From: an uncultured Acidobacteriota bacterium
Lineage (GTDB): Bacteria; Acidobacteriota; UBA4820; DSQY01
Length of the DNA stretch: 64,000 nt
NCBI GenBank assembly: GCA_963724125.1
Contig: CAVRTJ010000009.1
Coordinates: 19,524 to 83,523 of the forward strand
Reading direction: 5' to 3'
Shown here: positions 1 through 9,662 of the stretch, piece after piece
How positions within the stretch are numbered: the stretch's first letter is position 1
Layout: every line of letters starts with the position of its first letter
Notes under the pieces: model-generated
What the model was told of the DNA's origin: nothing
The model's input: the letters and a program-made list of their open reading frames with translations, nothing else
Database searches by the model: none
Position numbers and translations under genes: made by a program

Positions 1-2678
1 AGACCGAAGTCACGGTCACGGCGGCGGCACCCGTGGTCAACCTCAAGACCACGGAATCGGGCGCGACGCTCTCCACCCAGATGATCCAGTCCATCCCCCT
101 CCAGCGGAACTCCAGCGACATCGCCTACCTGGCGCCTACCGCCGTGAGCTCGGGATCTTCAACGCCCGGCAACGCCTCCATCGGCGGGTCAACGGGCGCC
201 GAGAACAACTACATCATCAACGGCGTCGACGTGACCAACTCGGGATTCGGCACCAACGGGTCGGCCCTGAACTTCGACTTCATCCAGGACATGCAGGTCA
301 TGACCGGCGGCCTGCCGCCCGAATACGGCGCCAGCATGGGCGGCGTGATCAACGCCATCACGCGAAGCGGCGGCAACGAGTTCCACGGCTCGCTGTACAC
401 CTACTACTGGTCGGACAGCACCCAGGCCAAGTCCGACACCTACCCCTGGGCCCCGAACATCACGGGCAACGCGGGTTACAAGCAATACGACATCGGCGGC
501 GACCTGGGCGGCTACTTCGTCAAGGACAAGCTGTGGTTCTACGTGGCCTACGACTACAACCGCTTCAAGGAATACACCAATATTCCGGTCGGACAGCAGT
601 ACGGCGACCAGTATCTCTACCTGAACGGCCATCCGGCCCAGTCCGTCTTTGCGGGCCAGAAGATCACCGACAACAATTCGATCAACCCGATGTACGCCTT
701 CAAGCTCACCTGGAACATCAACCCCAACCAGAAGCTGGCCTTCACGGTCTTCGGCAACGACCGGCGTCAATCTTACATCGGCGGCACCAACGGCGCGGGG
801 CTCGGCACCCTGTCCGAGGCGTCACCGGCCTACCAGATCAAGGAAAGCCCCTACAACCTCTCCCTGCAGTGGAACTCGACCTGGACGCCCAAGTTCTTCA
901 CCGAGGCCACGCTGAGCTACCGCCACCGCAAGCAGACGTTCTCCGTGCCCGCGTCGGCGGCCAACAACTGGCAGTATGCCTACTACTTCTCGTCGGGCGT
1001 CTACGGCGGCTTCAATGCGCTTCCAAAGGACAATACGATAGCACCCCAATTCCTTGGCGGAAACTGCCATCAACCTCGGCAGCAACTACCAGACGTCCTA
1101 CGGCGCCGGCGGCCTTGGCGGCGTTCCGAAGGACACCTCCGAGCAGGCCCGCGTCAAGTTCACGAACCTGCTGGGCAACCACGAGCTGTCCTACGGCTTC
1201 CAGTACCAGAAGAACGAGTTCACGCCCAACATCAACCTGCTGAGCGGCCCCAAGAACTTTGTCTCCCCTGCGACGGGCCAGACGGCCGTCGGCGGCCTCT
1301 TCGTGCAGTGGCTGCCCATCGGGCTTCTTGCACTACGAACCCGAATCCCTTCCCTAATCCCAACACGTCTGGCTCGCAGTACGTCTACATCGCCCAGGAC
1401 TACTTCACCCAGGGCCAGCGTCCCAGTTCCGAGCGCTACTTCGCCGGCTGGATCAACGACAACTGGAACATCACCGACTACTTCATGCTCAAGCTCGGCC
1501 TCCGGTACAACGAAGAGAAGCTGACGGGCGACCTCACGGGCCTCTCCATCAAGCTGAACAACGAGTGGGCGCCCCGCCTGGGCTTCACCTGGGACGTCGC
1601 CCACAACGGCAAGAGCAAGCTCTACGGCTTCGCGGGCCGCTACTACGAGCGCGTCCCCACGGACATCGCCATCCGCGGCCTGAACAACGAGGTCTCCGGC
1701 TTCGAGTACTTCTACGACCCACAGCTGACCCAGTGGACGGGAGCGTCATCCATCTATGGATCGAGCGAACTGATCCAGGGCCAGACCGTCCCCGGTCAGA
1801 CCTCTCCCCTGCCGGTTAATTCCAAGTTGAAGGGCCCCTACAGGGACGAGTACATCCTCGGTTACGACTACCAGATCCGTCCCGACTTCAAGGTCGGTGT
1901 CAGCCTCCACTACAGGACCCTGGGCAGGACCATCGAGGACATCTCCTTCGACGGCGCCAACACCTACGTCATCGCCAACCCCGGCAAATGGACGGGCATT
2001 CCGGTTCCGAGCCTGCTCAGCCCCGGCGGCACCGTCTACTTCCCGAAGCCGGTCAGCATCTACAAGGCCCTCCAGTTGACCGCCGAGAAGCGCTTCTCCA
2101 ACAACTGGCAGTTCGGTGGGTCCTACGTCCTTTCGCGCCTCCAGGGCAACTACGAAGGCGTCTCCAGCAACGACACCACGGTGGGCCAGAACGACCCCAA
2201 CCTGAACGCGACCTACGACCTGCCGGACTTCCTGGTGAACGGCTACGGCCTTCTGCCCCTGGACAGGACGCACCAGCTTAAGCTCTACGGCTCCTACGCC
2301 TTCCAGAACATCCCGCTCCAGCTGTCCGCCAACTTCCAGATGGTCAGCGGCACGCCCATCAGCAAGCAGGTTCAGGTCGGCTGGTACGGCGGCGCGGTGG
2401 GCTTCTACGGCCAGCGCGGTTCGGCGGGCCGGACCCCCACCACCTGGGACCTCGACATGGGTGCCCAGTACAACTTCAATCTCTTCAAGAGCAAACTGGG
2501 CCTCCGCCTCGACGTCTTCAACGTCTTCAACGAGCAGAAGCCCACCGCCGTTTATCAAACGTGGGCCCAGAACGTCTCATTCGGCGGCCCGAACACCATC
2601 GACAACGGCCTCTTCAAGAAGCCCTATCTCCACCAGGCTCCGAGGCTGATCAGGCTGGCCCTGCGCTGGACCTTCTAA
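1..2678 (+). CDS. TonB-dependent outer-membrane receptor (Oar-like), 5'-truncated by the window edge; two compensating indels between ~1065 and ~1330
   Basis: Plug-type motifs ENNYIINGVDVT and PEYGASMGGVINAITRSGGNEFHGS; Tyr/Gly/Asn-rich beta-strands; C-terminal ...RLALRWTF ending in Phe. The middle of the protein reads sensibly in the 1054..1524 frame (AINLGSNYQTSYG...). Confidence 0.9.
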   Translation, partial: TEVTVTAAAPVVNLKTTESGATLSTQMIQSIPLQRNSSDIAYLAPTAVSSGSSTPGNASIGGSTGAENNYIINGVDVTNSGFGTNGSALNFDFIQDMQVMTGGLPPEYGASMGGVINAITRSGGNEFHGSLYTYYWSDSTQAKSDTYPWAPNITGNAGYKQYDIGGDLGGYFVKDKLWFYVAYDYNRFKEYTNIPVGQQYGDQYLYLNGHPAQSVFAGQKITDNNSINPMYAFKLTWNINPNQKLAFTVFGNDRRQSYIGGTNGAGLGTLSEASPAYQIKESPYNLSLQWNSTWTPKFFTEATLSYRHRKQTFSVPASAANNWQYAYYFSSGVYGGFNALPKDNTIAPQFLGGNCHQPRQQLPDVLRRRRPWRRSEGHLRAGPRQVHEPAGQPRAVLRLPVPEERVHAQHQPAERPQELCLPCDGPDGRRRPLRAVAAHRASCTTNPNPFPNPNTSGSQYVYIAQDYFTQGQRPSSERYFAGWINDNWNITDYFMLKLGLRYNEEKLTGDLTGLSIKLNNEWAPRLGFTWDVAHNGKSKLYGFAGRYYERVPTDIAIRGLNNEVSGFEYFYDPQLTQWTGASSIYGSSELIQGQTVPGQTSPLPVNSKLKGPYRDEYILGYDYQIRPDFKVGVSLHYRTLGRTIEDISFDGANTYVIANPGKWTGIPVPSLLSPGGTVYFPKPVSIYKALQLTAEKRFSNNWQFGGSYVLSRLQGNYEGVSSNDTTVGQNDPNLNATYDLPDFLVNGYGLLPLDRTHQLKLYGSYAFQNIPLQLSANFQMVSGTPISKQVQVGWYGGAVGFYGQRGSAGRTPTTWDLDMGAQYNFNLFKSKLGLRLDVFNVFNEQKPTAVYQTWAQNVSFGGPNTIDNGLFKKPYLHQAPRLIRLALRWTF

Positions 2679-2702
2679 ACCCGATTCTCTTTCCACTCCA
2701 TC

Positions 2703-2733
2703 GGCCCCGGGCATGCCCGGGGCCTTTTCTTTT
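2703..2733 (+). terminator. Rho-independent terminator of the TonB receptor gene
   Basis: Palindromic GGCCCCGGGCATGCCCGGGGCC followed by TTTTCTTTT. Confidence 0.85.
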
Positions 2734-3025
2734 GTGATTAGTGATCAAGTGATCGAGTGAAAAGGGCGATTTGGGATTTGGGATTTGAAAAACGGCTTAG
2801 GACGAGCCTTCGAAGGACGCCCCGCGACTCGATTGCTCAATACACCAGATCATCCGATCATTCTAATAAACCACAGAGCACACCGAGGTCACAGAGGCCT
2901 GCAGGCGCTGGTAAGTCAGAAATTGAAGGGTAAATGGGAAGAGGCACCACGATCACTGAGGAACCTTCGAAGGCCTCCCGTCTGCCGCAGTCGAATCCAA
3001 AATCCCAATTCCCAAATCCCCAATC
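2734..3025. repeat. Composite intergenic repeat element 1: tandem-repeat arms plus two CCTTCGAAGG cores
   Basis: GTGATCAA-type octamers 2734-2760, GATTTGG heptamers 2768-2787, cores 2807-2816 and 2964-2973, CACAGAG-type nonamers 2869-2897, inverted CCAAATC heptamers 2994-3025. Confidence 0.85.
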
Positions 3026-4063
3026 TTATCTTCAGTCCCCTCACCGTGAGCACGACCTTTCCGACGGTCTGCCGCTCCTGCATGCGGCGGTGGGCCTCGG
3101 CGGCCTTGTCGAGCGGCAGGGACAGCCCGACCCTCGGCTTGATCACGCCGGCCGCGCGCAGTTCCATGAGCACGCCGGCGGCCTCTCTGAGCAGGTCGGG
3201 CTTGTTTGCCACGTAGTAGAGGTTGAAGCCGCTCAGGCTCCGGTTCTTGTCGATCATGCCCAGGGGCGAAATGCCCAGCATGTGCCGCAACCGCCACAGT
3301 GCGCCGAGCCTGGCGATGGCCCCGGGCTTCACGGCGGACGCGGCCCCGAAGAGGACGTGCCGTCCGTAGGGCGCCAGAAGACGCCACGATTTTCTGAATA
3401 CCGGACCGCCCACCGAATCCATCACCACGTCCACGCCGCGGCCGCCGGTTTCTTCCAGGATGAACCTTTGCAAAGTCCTTCTCCCGGTAGAGAATGGGCC
3501 GCGCCGCGGGATACTCCTCCTTCACGACCGCGGCCTTGGAGACGCTGCCCACCGTCGCGTAAACGGCGGCCCCGAGGTTCTTCAGGAGCTGGAGGCAGGC
3601 GATGCCCACGCCGCCAGCCGCCGCGTGGATCAGCACGACGTCGTCCCGTCGGACGTGGGCGAGTTGGAAGAGCCCGTGGTAGGCCGTGAGGTACTGCACC
3701 GGGAAAGGCGGCGGCCTCCGGGAACGTCATGCCATCTGGGACCTTGAAGGCGTAAGCCGTGGGAACCGCGACCTTCTCTGCATAACCGCCGAAGGTGCAG
3801 AAAGCCATGACCCGGTCCCCCGCCGCGAACCCTTCCACGCCGTCCCCCAGGGCTTCGACCGTCCCGGCGACCTCGATGCCCGGCACGAAAGGAGGCTTGG
3901 GGGCAGCCTTGTAAATGCCGAGACGGGCCAGGACGTCCGCGAAGTTGACGCCCGCGGCCTTCACGGAGATGAGAATCTCTCCCTTCCCGGGTGCGGGATC
4001 CGGCCTCTCCGTCATCTCCAGGACGGAGACGTCGCCGTGCTTTTTCACGACCACAGCTTTCAT
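2916..4063 (-). CDS. NADPH:quinone oxidoreductase / VAT-1-like medium-chain dehydrogenase (frameshifts at ~3700 and ~3475)
   Basis: AAGVNFADVLARLG, PFVPGIEVAG, YLTAY, LIHAAAGGVG, GRGVDVVMDSVGG and AHRRMQERQTVGKVVL spread over three frames. The 3' end runs into repeat element 1. Confidence 0.85.
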
Positions 4064-4089
4064 GCCCCTTCCTCCTCAAGCCGAAGGCC

Positions 4090-4395
4090 TCACGGTAGTT
4101 TGATGACGGCTAAGACCGCGGCGGCCACGGCAGCCAGCAGCCCCCTTCTGATCCACTGCAGCCGCCCCGACCAGGCGCCTTCGGTAGGAACGCCCTTGTC
4201 GAGGGCGAAGAGAATGCACAGGGCGAGGAACATCCACTGGAGTATGCCCCCCCAGGGCGAAGGCAGGTGGGGACCCTCCCAGATCTGGTACGCGTACAGG
4301 AGCCTCTCGACCGCAATGTACACGCAGCCGGCGATCATCAGCACCGTCACGTAACAGAGCCTTCTGGCCACGTCCTCGCTCCACTTCCGCGCCAC
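4090..4395 (-). CDS. Small integral membrane protein (about 3 TM helices)
   Basis: 101-aa ORF, GTG start after GAGGGAGG RBS, three hydrophobic stretches, tight spacing with both neighbours. Confidence 0.6.
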   Translation of the reverse strand: MARKWSEDVARRLCYVTVLMIAGCVYIAVERLLYAYQIWEGPHLPSPWGGILQWMFLALCILFALDKGVPTEGAWSGRLQWIRRGLLAAVAAAVLAVIKLP

Positions 4396-4406
4396 GTGTT
4401 CCTCCC

Positions 4407-5621
4407 TCAGACGGCCGCCGGCCGCATTTTTCGCGCGAAAACCGGGCGCGCCAGTGTCTTGAGAAACTTCAGTCGTCCCACGTAAAGGAGCTTTCGCAGG
4501 CTCGCCGGGGCAAGGTACCGAGCGTCGTCCGGGTTCACGATGAGGCTCACTTCAATGTTGGGCGCCATGCCGACGGGAATGCCCTTCTTCATGCACGCCT
4601 CGAAGACACGCCTCATCACCACCACCATGTCTTCGTAGCGGGGTGAAGGGTGGTTCTCCATGGCCGTGCCCTTGATGGGCCTGAAGATGCAGACGGTGGG
4701 GAAGCAGCCGAGGTCCGTGATGAACTCGATGGCTGCGAGCGTATCCTCTATGGGCTCGAGGCCCGCAATGATCTCTCCCGAATTTCGTCCCTTGCCCATT
4801 TTCTTGGCGCAATGGGCCATGGCGTCGAAGAAAACGGACTGTCCGAGCGCCTGAGCCTTGCCGGGACAAACCTCGGCGAAGAACTCGGGATTCTGAAACT
4901 CGTAGCAGAAGGAAAAGTGGTCCACGCCGAGGTCGATCAAACGGTCGTAAAGACCGAGATCCCTGCTCGGCAGTACCTGCACGCCCACCAGGGCGCCCAC
5001 GCGTTCCTTGACGGCCTTAACGTAGGGTGCCACCGTCTCCAGGCCGCCGCCCGCCTGGTCACCCGAGTTGAAGTGGACGAAGGTCACCCCGCTCTCCGCC
5101 TTGGCGGCGAGCGCGGTCTCGACCACGTCCTCCACGGCCTTCTCCGCCTCTTCGGTCACGCCCACGTTCAGGCCCGTCGCACAGAACTTGCAGTTCATCG
5201 GAGGGCTCGCCGACCAGAACTGACAGGTGCGCCCGACGTAGATGCCGAGGTAGGTGCCCTGGAGAACGCCCACCTTGCTCATGAGCGTGCCACGGCTCGT
5301 CGCCCGTCCGTACCAGGCCGGATTCTGCGGGATTCCGACTGCGTAGCGGAGTGACGGCGGGTCGCGCTCGTCATGAACGTAATAGGCACCTCTATCCCGG
5401 ACGAGGCAGTATGGGGAATGCCGTGCGAACGACTCCTCCACGGGAACGTTCAGCCAGATCGTCTTCCCCTTTGCCGGGATGGTCAGTTCCAGTCCCGATC
5501 CGAGGCCCGCACGGACCTTTGCCAACAGTCTGCCGTCTACATCCAGCGAGCAACCGGGGGCTATCCGCAGGCCCTTGCAGAAGAGATCTATCTCCAGCTC
5601 CGCTGGATTCAAGGGTTTCAT
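4407..5621 (-). CDS. Radical SAM protein with non-canonical Cx10Cx2C motif (resembles the MSMEG_0568 / biotin-synthase-like group)
   Basis: RAGLGSG N-terminal motif, CQFWSASPPMNCKFC cluster motif, EVCPGKA, IIAGLEP, FRPIKGT. Confidence 0.8.
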   Translation of the reverse strand: MKPLNPAELEIDLFCKGLRIAPGCSLDVDGRLLAKVRAGLGSGLELTIPAKGKTIWLNVPVEESFARHSPYCLVRDRGAYYVHDERDPPSLRYAVGIPQNPAWYGRATSRGTLMSKVGVLQGTYLGIYVGRTCQFWSASPPMNCKFCATGLNVGVTEEAEKAVEDVVETALAAKAESGVTFVHFNSGDQAGGGLETVAPYVKAVKERVGALVGVQVLPSRDLGLYDRLIDLGVDHFSFCYEFQNPEFFAEVCPGKAQALGQSVFFDAMAHCAKKMGKGRNSGEIIAGLEPIEDTLAAIEFITDLGCFPTVCIFRPIKGTAMENHPSPRYEDMVVVMRRVFEACMKKGIPVGMAPNIEVSLIVNPDDARYLAPASLRKLLYVGRLKFLKTLARPVFARKMRPAAV

Positions 5622-5826
5622 CGGCCCTCCCTGTCCCCAAGCTTATGGGACTTTGCGTGGCGCCGCAAGAGTTCCTGCCCGGCGCCGGCGAAATCGGTTG
5701 ACCATCCCTCCTTCCAGGTGCTAAAGTCAGGACGAATTAGACGCATTTTCCAACGGGGAAAAGGGGACCATCGCGAGAAACGATTAAGCGACGAAAACAG
5801 TACCATCAAGGGAAAGGAGATAGGGT

Positions 5827-7338
5827 ATGACGAGACGTCTGCGTTTTGTCTGCACCCTCGTCGCGGTGTTGACTCTGCTCGTTTCAGGGTCCGCCATGGC
5901 GCAGGGCTTCAAAGACATTCAAAACCTCGTCGTCGAAAAGACGCTCCCGAACGGGCTGAAGGTGATCATTCTGCCGAGGCACAACGCCCCGGTAGTGTCC
6001 TTCGTCACCTATGCCGACGTGGGGGGGGTGAACGAGAACCAGAACGCCACGGGGCTTGCGCACATCTTCGAGCACATGGCCTTCAAGGGGACGACCACCA
6101 TCGGCACGAAAGACTACGCCAAGGAAAAGGCCGCCATGAAGAAGGTCGACGACGCTTTCACTGCTCTAAGGGCGGAACGGCTGCGCAGGCCCAAACCCGA
6201 CGAGGCCAGACTCAAGACCCTCGAGGCCGAGTTCAAGGCCGCCCAGGAGGAGGCCCAGAGGTACTCCAAGACGGGCGAGTTCGACGAGATCCTGGAGAAG
6301 GCGGGCGCGAAGGGCCTCAACGCCTTCACCTCTTTCGACCAAACCGTCTACCTATACTCTCTCCCGTCCAACAAGGTAGAACTCTGGGCCACCCTGGAGG
6401 CGGACCGCTTCACCCATCCCGTTCTGCGGGAGTTCTACAAGGAAAAGAACGTCATCATGGAGGAGAAGCGGATGGGCGAGAGCAGCGCCATCGGACGCCT
6501 GCTCGACGACTTCTTCCCCGTGGCCTTCAAGGCCTCCATGTACCGCTCCTACGTGATCGGACACATGAGCGATCTGCAGAGCATCACGCGACAGCAGGCC
6601 ATGGACTGGTTCAACAAATACTACCGGGCGAAGAACCTGACCATGGTCCTGGTGGGCGACGTAGACCCGAAAACGGTGCTGCCCGTAATCGAGAAGCACC
6701 TTGAAACGATTCCGGCCGGCACCAAGCCCGAAGGTCCCATCACGGTGGAACCGCCGCAGCGCGAGGAGAAGCGCATCATCATGGAAGACCCCTCGCAGCC
6801 CTTCCTGATCATCGCCTACCACAGGCCGGCCATCACCGATCCCGATGACGCGGTCTACACGGTGATTGCGGACGTCCTGGGCGGCGGGCGCTCCTCGCGC
6901 CTGTACACGTCCCTCGTGAAGGAGAAACAGCTGGCTCTGCAGGTCTACGCGGCACCGTCTCTCGAGGGGGAGAAGTTCCCCGGCCTCTGCGGAATCATCG
7001 CCGTGCCCAACAAGGGCAAGTCAAACGAGGCGTGCGAGAAGGCCATCTACGCTGAGATAGACCGCCTCAAAAACGAACCCGTCACCAAAGAGGAACTGGA
7101 AGGCGTGAAGGCCCGCGCCAAAATGCACTTTCTCAACAGCATCGATTCCAACACGGGTCTCGCCATCCAGCTCGCCATGGCCGAAAATCTGCAGGGCGAC
7201 TGGCACGCGGTTTTTACGCAGTTGGACAAGATCGACGCGGTAACGCCGGAGGACATCATGCGGGTCGCCAAGAAGACCTTCGTGCGTTCCAACCGTACCG
7301 TCGGCATGATCGAAACCACCAGCGAGAAAGCGGACTAG
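5827..7338 (+). CDS. M16 family zinc peptidase, catalytic subunit, secreted
   Basis: Signal peptide (SAMA-Q), TLPNGLKV, inverted zinc motif HIFEH, NAFTSFDQTVY, GGRSSRLY. Confidence 0.92.
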   Translation: MTRRLRFVCTLVAVLTLLVSGSAMAQGFKDIQNLVVEKTLPNGLKVIILPRHNAPVVSFVTYADVGGVNENQNATGLAHIFEHMAFKGTTTIGTKDYAKEKAAMKKVDDAFTALRAERLRRPKPDEARLKTLEAEFKAAQEEAQRYSKTGEFDEILEKAGAKGLNAFTSFDQTVYLYSLPSNKVELWATLEADRFTHPVLREFYKEKNVIMEEKRMGESSAIGRLLDDFFPVAFKASMYRSYVIGHMSDLQSITRQQAMDWFNKYYRAKNLTMVLVGDVDPKTVLPVIEKHLETIPAGTKPEGPITVEPPQREEKRIIMEDPSQPFLIIAYHRPAITDPDDAVYTVIADVLGGGRSSRLYTSLVKEKQLALQVYAAPSLEGEKFPGLCGIIAVPNKGKSNEACEKAIYAEIDRLKNEPVTKEELEGVKARAKMHFLNSIDSNTGLAIQLAMAENLQGDWHAVFTQLDKIDAVTPEDIMRVAKKTFVRSNRTVGMIETTSEKAD

Positions 7339-7348
7339 GAGGGGGACC

Positions 7349-9520
7349 ATGCGCAAGACCGTGATTAGAAACCTGATCACCGCCGCGGCCTGCCTGGCCG
7401 TGACGCTATCGATGACGTGGGCCGCCGCACCCTCCAGGGGAAAGAGGCCCTTCGAAGAACTCAAATACCCCAAACTCCACGAAATAACCATGCCGAAGGT
7501 GGACCGCGAGACGCTCCCCAACGGCATGAAGGTGATCTTCGTAGAAGACCACGAACTGCCAGTGGTCAGGATGAGGGCCATGGTGCGCGGCGGCAAGGTC
7601 GCCGAACCGGACGGAAAAACGGCACTGACAGCCCTCTTCGGGGTGGTTCAGCGCACGGGCGGGGTCAAGTCCATGGACGGCGACAAGGTGGACGAGTTCC
7701 TAGAAAGGATCGGGGCCTCCATCGAGACGAACGTGTCCGATGCTTACGGCACGGTTTCCGCCGAAATGCTCAAGGAGAACGTGGACCAGGTGCTCCCGCT
7801 CTACACGGAATTCCTCGAAGCGCCCGCCTTTTCCCAGGACAAGATCGACCTCGCCAAGAAGCACCTCTACAGCGCCATCTCGCGGCGCAACGACCAGCCC
7901 ATGGGCATCGGCCGCCGGGAGATCCTCAAGTTGATCTACGGCGCTTCGTCGCCCTACGCGCGTCAATACGAATATGACGATGTGGACAAGCTGACCCGCG
8001 ACGACCTTGTCGCGTTTCACGACACCTACTACCGGCCAGACGAGACCGTTCTCGCGGTCTGGGGCGACTTCGATACCGCAAGTATGAAGAAGAAGATCGC
8101 CGGCGCCTTCGGGACCTGGAAGGCCGAAGGGCCGAAGCCCGAGATCGCCGAGCCGTTCATCTTCCCGCCGGCGCCCTCCGTCAACTACGTCGAGAAGAAG
8201 GACGTGGCGCAGACCTTCATCTTCATGGGACACCTGGGCCTGCGTCTCGACGATCCCGACTACCCGGCCGTCAACGTGCTGTCCGAGATCCTGGGCGGCA
8301 GCATGTCCTCCAGGCTCTTCGTCCAGGTCAGAACCCTGAAGGGCCTTGCCTACGGAGCGGGCGGCTTCATGGTTCCCGCCTACGACCACCCCGGGGCCTT
8401 TTTCTTCTACACGTCCACCAAGCCTTCGACAACCGTCGAGGCGCTCCAGGCCATGCTTACCGAAATCGAGAAGATCAGGGAGGCGCCGGTTACGGAAGAG
8501 GAACTGGCCAAGGCCAAGGACGGGTACCTCAATACGTATGCCTTCGACTTCGACTCCTCGGACAAGATCGTCAACCGCCTTCTCGTCTACGACTTCTACG
8601 GGTACCCGTCGGATTTCAACACGAAACTGCGGGACGAGGTCGAGAAGGTCACCCGTGAGGACGTGCTCCGTGTCGCGAAGAAGGACCTCCGCCCCGACCG
8701 GCTGAGCATCCTGGCGATCGGCGACGCCGGGAAGTTCGACAAACCCCTTTCGACGGTCGGGAAGGTCAACGACATTGACATCACGATTCCCGAGCCGACC
8801 CCCAAGGTCACCATCCCCGCGGCCACCCCTGAATCGCTCAAGGCCGGCACGGACCTCCTCGTCCAGGCCGCGAAGGCCGCTGGCGAGCAGACCCTGAAGG
8901 GGCTCAAGGACCTGACCGTCAAGTCCACCACTACGCTCAAGACGCCGATGGGCGAGATGAGCCTCACGAGCAGCAGCGTCTTTGTTCTGCCGGACCGCCT
9001 CCACAGCGATGTGCAGACACCCATGGGAAAAATGACGCAGGTGCTGGACGGTGAGAAGGCCTGGATGGCGATGGGCCCGAAGGTCAGGGTGCTCCCGGCG
9101 TCCGCATCGTCCAAGATGCGCCGTCAGTTATACACAGAAGCCGGCTGCGTCCTGCTCCTGCAGAGGGCGTTGGACGGCAAGCTCGAAGGACAGGCCCTCG
9201 GCAAGACGACATTCGAGGGCAAGGACGCGGTTCAGGTGGTCGTGCGGCTCGACGACAAGCCCCTCCGCCTGTTCCTGTCGCCGGACGGCTCGTCCATCCT
9301 GGGCCTCAAGCAGCAGGCGACAACCCAGGAAGGACCGGCCGAAGTGACCACGGTTTACGGCACGTGGAAGGCTACCTCGGGCCTGACGCTGCCCACGGAA
9401 ACCACCGAGAAGGTCAAGGGCGAGGTCAAGGCCGCCTCGACCGTCACGAGCTATCAGATCAACGCCGGCTTCTCCGAGGATCTGTTCAAGCAGCCTTCGG
9501 ACCAGGCCGAGAAAAACTAG
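7349..9520 (+). CDS. M16 family peptidase partner subunit (no HxxEH) with a ~230-aa C-terminal beta-rich LolA-like extension
   Basis: Signal peptide, TLPNGMKV, LGGSMSSRLF, RTLKGLAYG; extension ends ...INAGFSEDLFKQP. Confidence 0.85.
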   Translation: MRKTVIRNLITAAACLAVTLSMTWAAAPSRGKRPFEELKYPKLHEITMPKVDRETLPNGMKVIFVEDHELPVVRMRAMVRGGKVAEPDGKTALTALFGVVQRTGGVKSMDGDKVDEFLERIGASIETNVSDAYGTVSAEMLKENVDQVLPLYTEFLEAPAFSQDKIDLAKKHLYSAISRRNDQPMGIGRREILKLIYGASSPYARQYEYDDVDKLTRDDLVAFHDTYYRPDETVLAVWGDFDTASMKKKIAGAFGTWKAEGPKPEIAEPFIFPPAPSVNYVEKKDVAQTFIFMGHLGLRLDDPDYPAVNVLSEILGGSMSSRLFVQVRTLKGLAYGAGGFMVPAYDHPGAFFFYTSTKPSTTVEALQAMLTEIEKIREAPVTEEELAKAKDGYLNTYAFDFDSSDKIVNRLLVYDFYGYPSDFNTKLRDEVEKVTREDVLRVAKKDLRPDRLSILAIGDAGKFDKPLSTVGKVNDIDITIPEPTPKVTIPAATPESLKAGTDLLVQAAKAAGEQTLKGLKDLTVKSTTTLKTPMGEMSLTSSSVFVLPDRLHSDVQTPMGKMTQVLDGEKAWMAMGPKVRVLPASASSKMRRQLYTEAGCVLLLQRALDGKLEGQALGKTTFEGKDAVQVVVRLDDKPLRLFLSPDGSSILGLKQQATTQEGPAEVTTVYGTWKATSGLTLPTETTEKVKGEVKAASTVTSYQINAGFSEDLFKQPSDQAEKN

Positions 9521-9551
9521 CACCGGAGCCTGCCGGATCCGGCAACCGGCC

Positions 9552-9581
9552 GGGGAGCGGGACGATCGCCCCGCTCCCCTT
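9552..9581 (+). terminator. Hairpin, probable terminator after the M16 operon
   Basis: GGGGAGCGGG / CCCGCTCCCC stem with only a short T tail. Confidence 0.5.
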
Positions 9582-9662
9582 GACCGGGCCGGATCGCACC
9601 TCCGGCTCGCGCCCGGTGAGAATCGTGTTACTCTGTATGCTTGGTTCAGGGACGAAGGCACT

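Noticed and set aside
1-2678. Diversity-generating retroelement targeting the TonB receptor
   Set aside because: No reverse transcriptase, no template/variable repeat pair and no adenine-specific pattern visible.
7700-9004. Long antisense or alternate-frame ORFs (also 25125-26738, 46882-48315, 50486-51940)
   Set aside because: Expected in high-GC DNA opposite real genes; they carry no family motifs.
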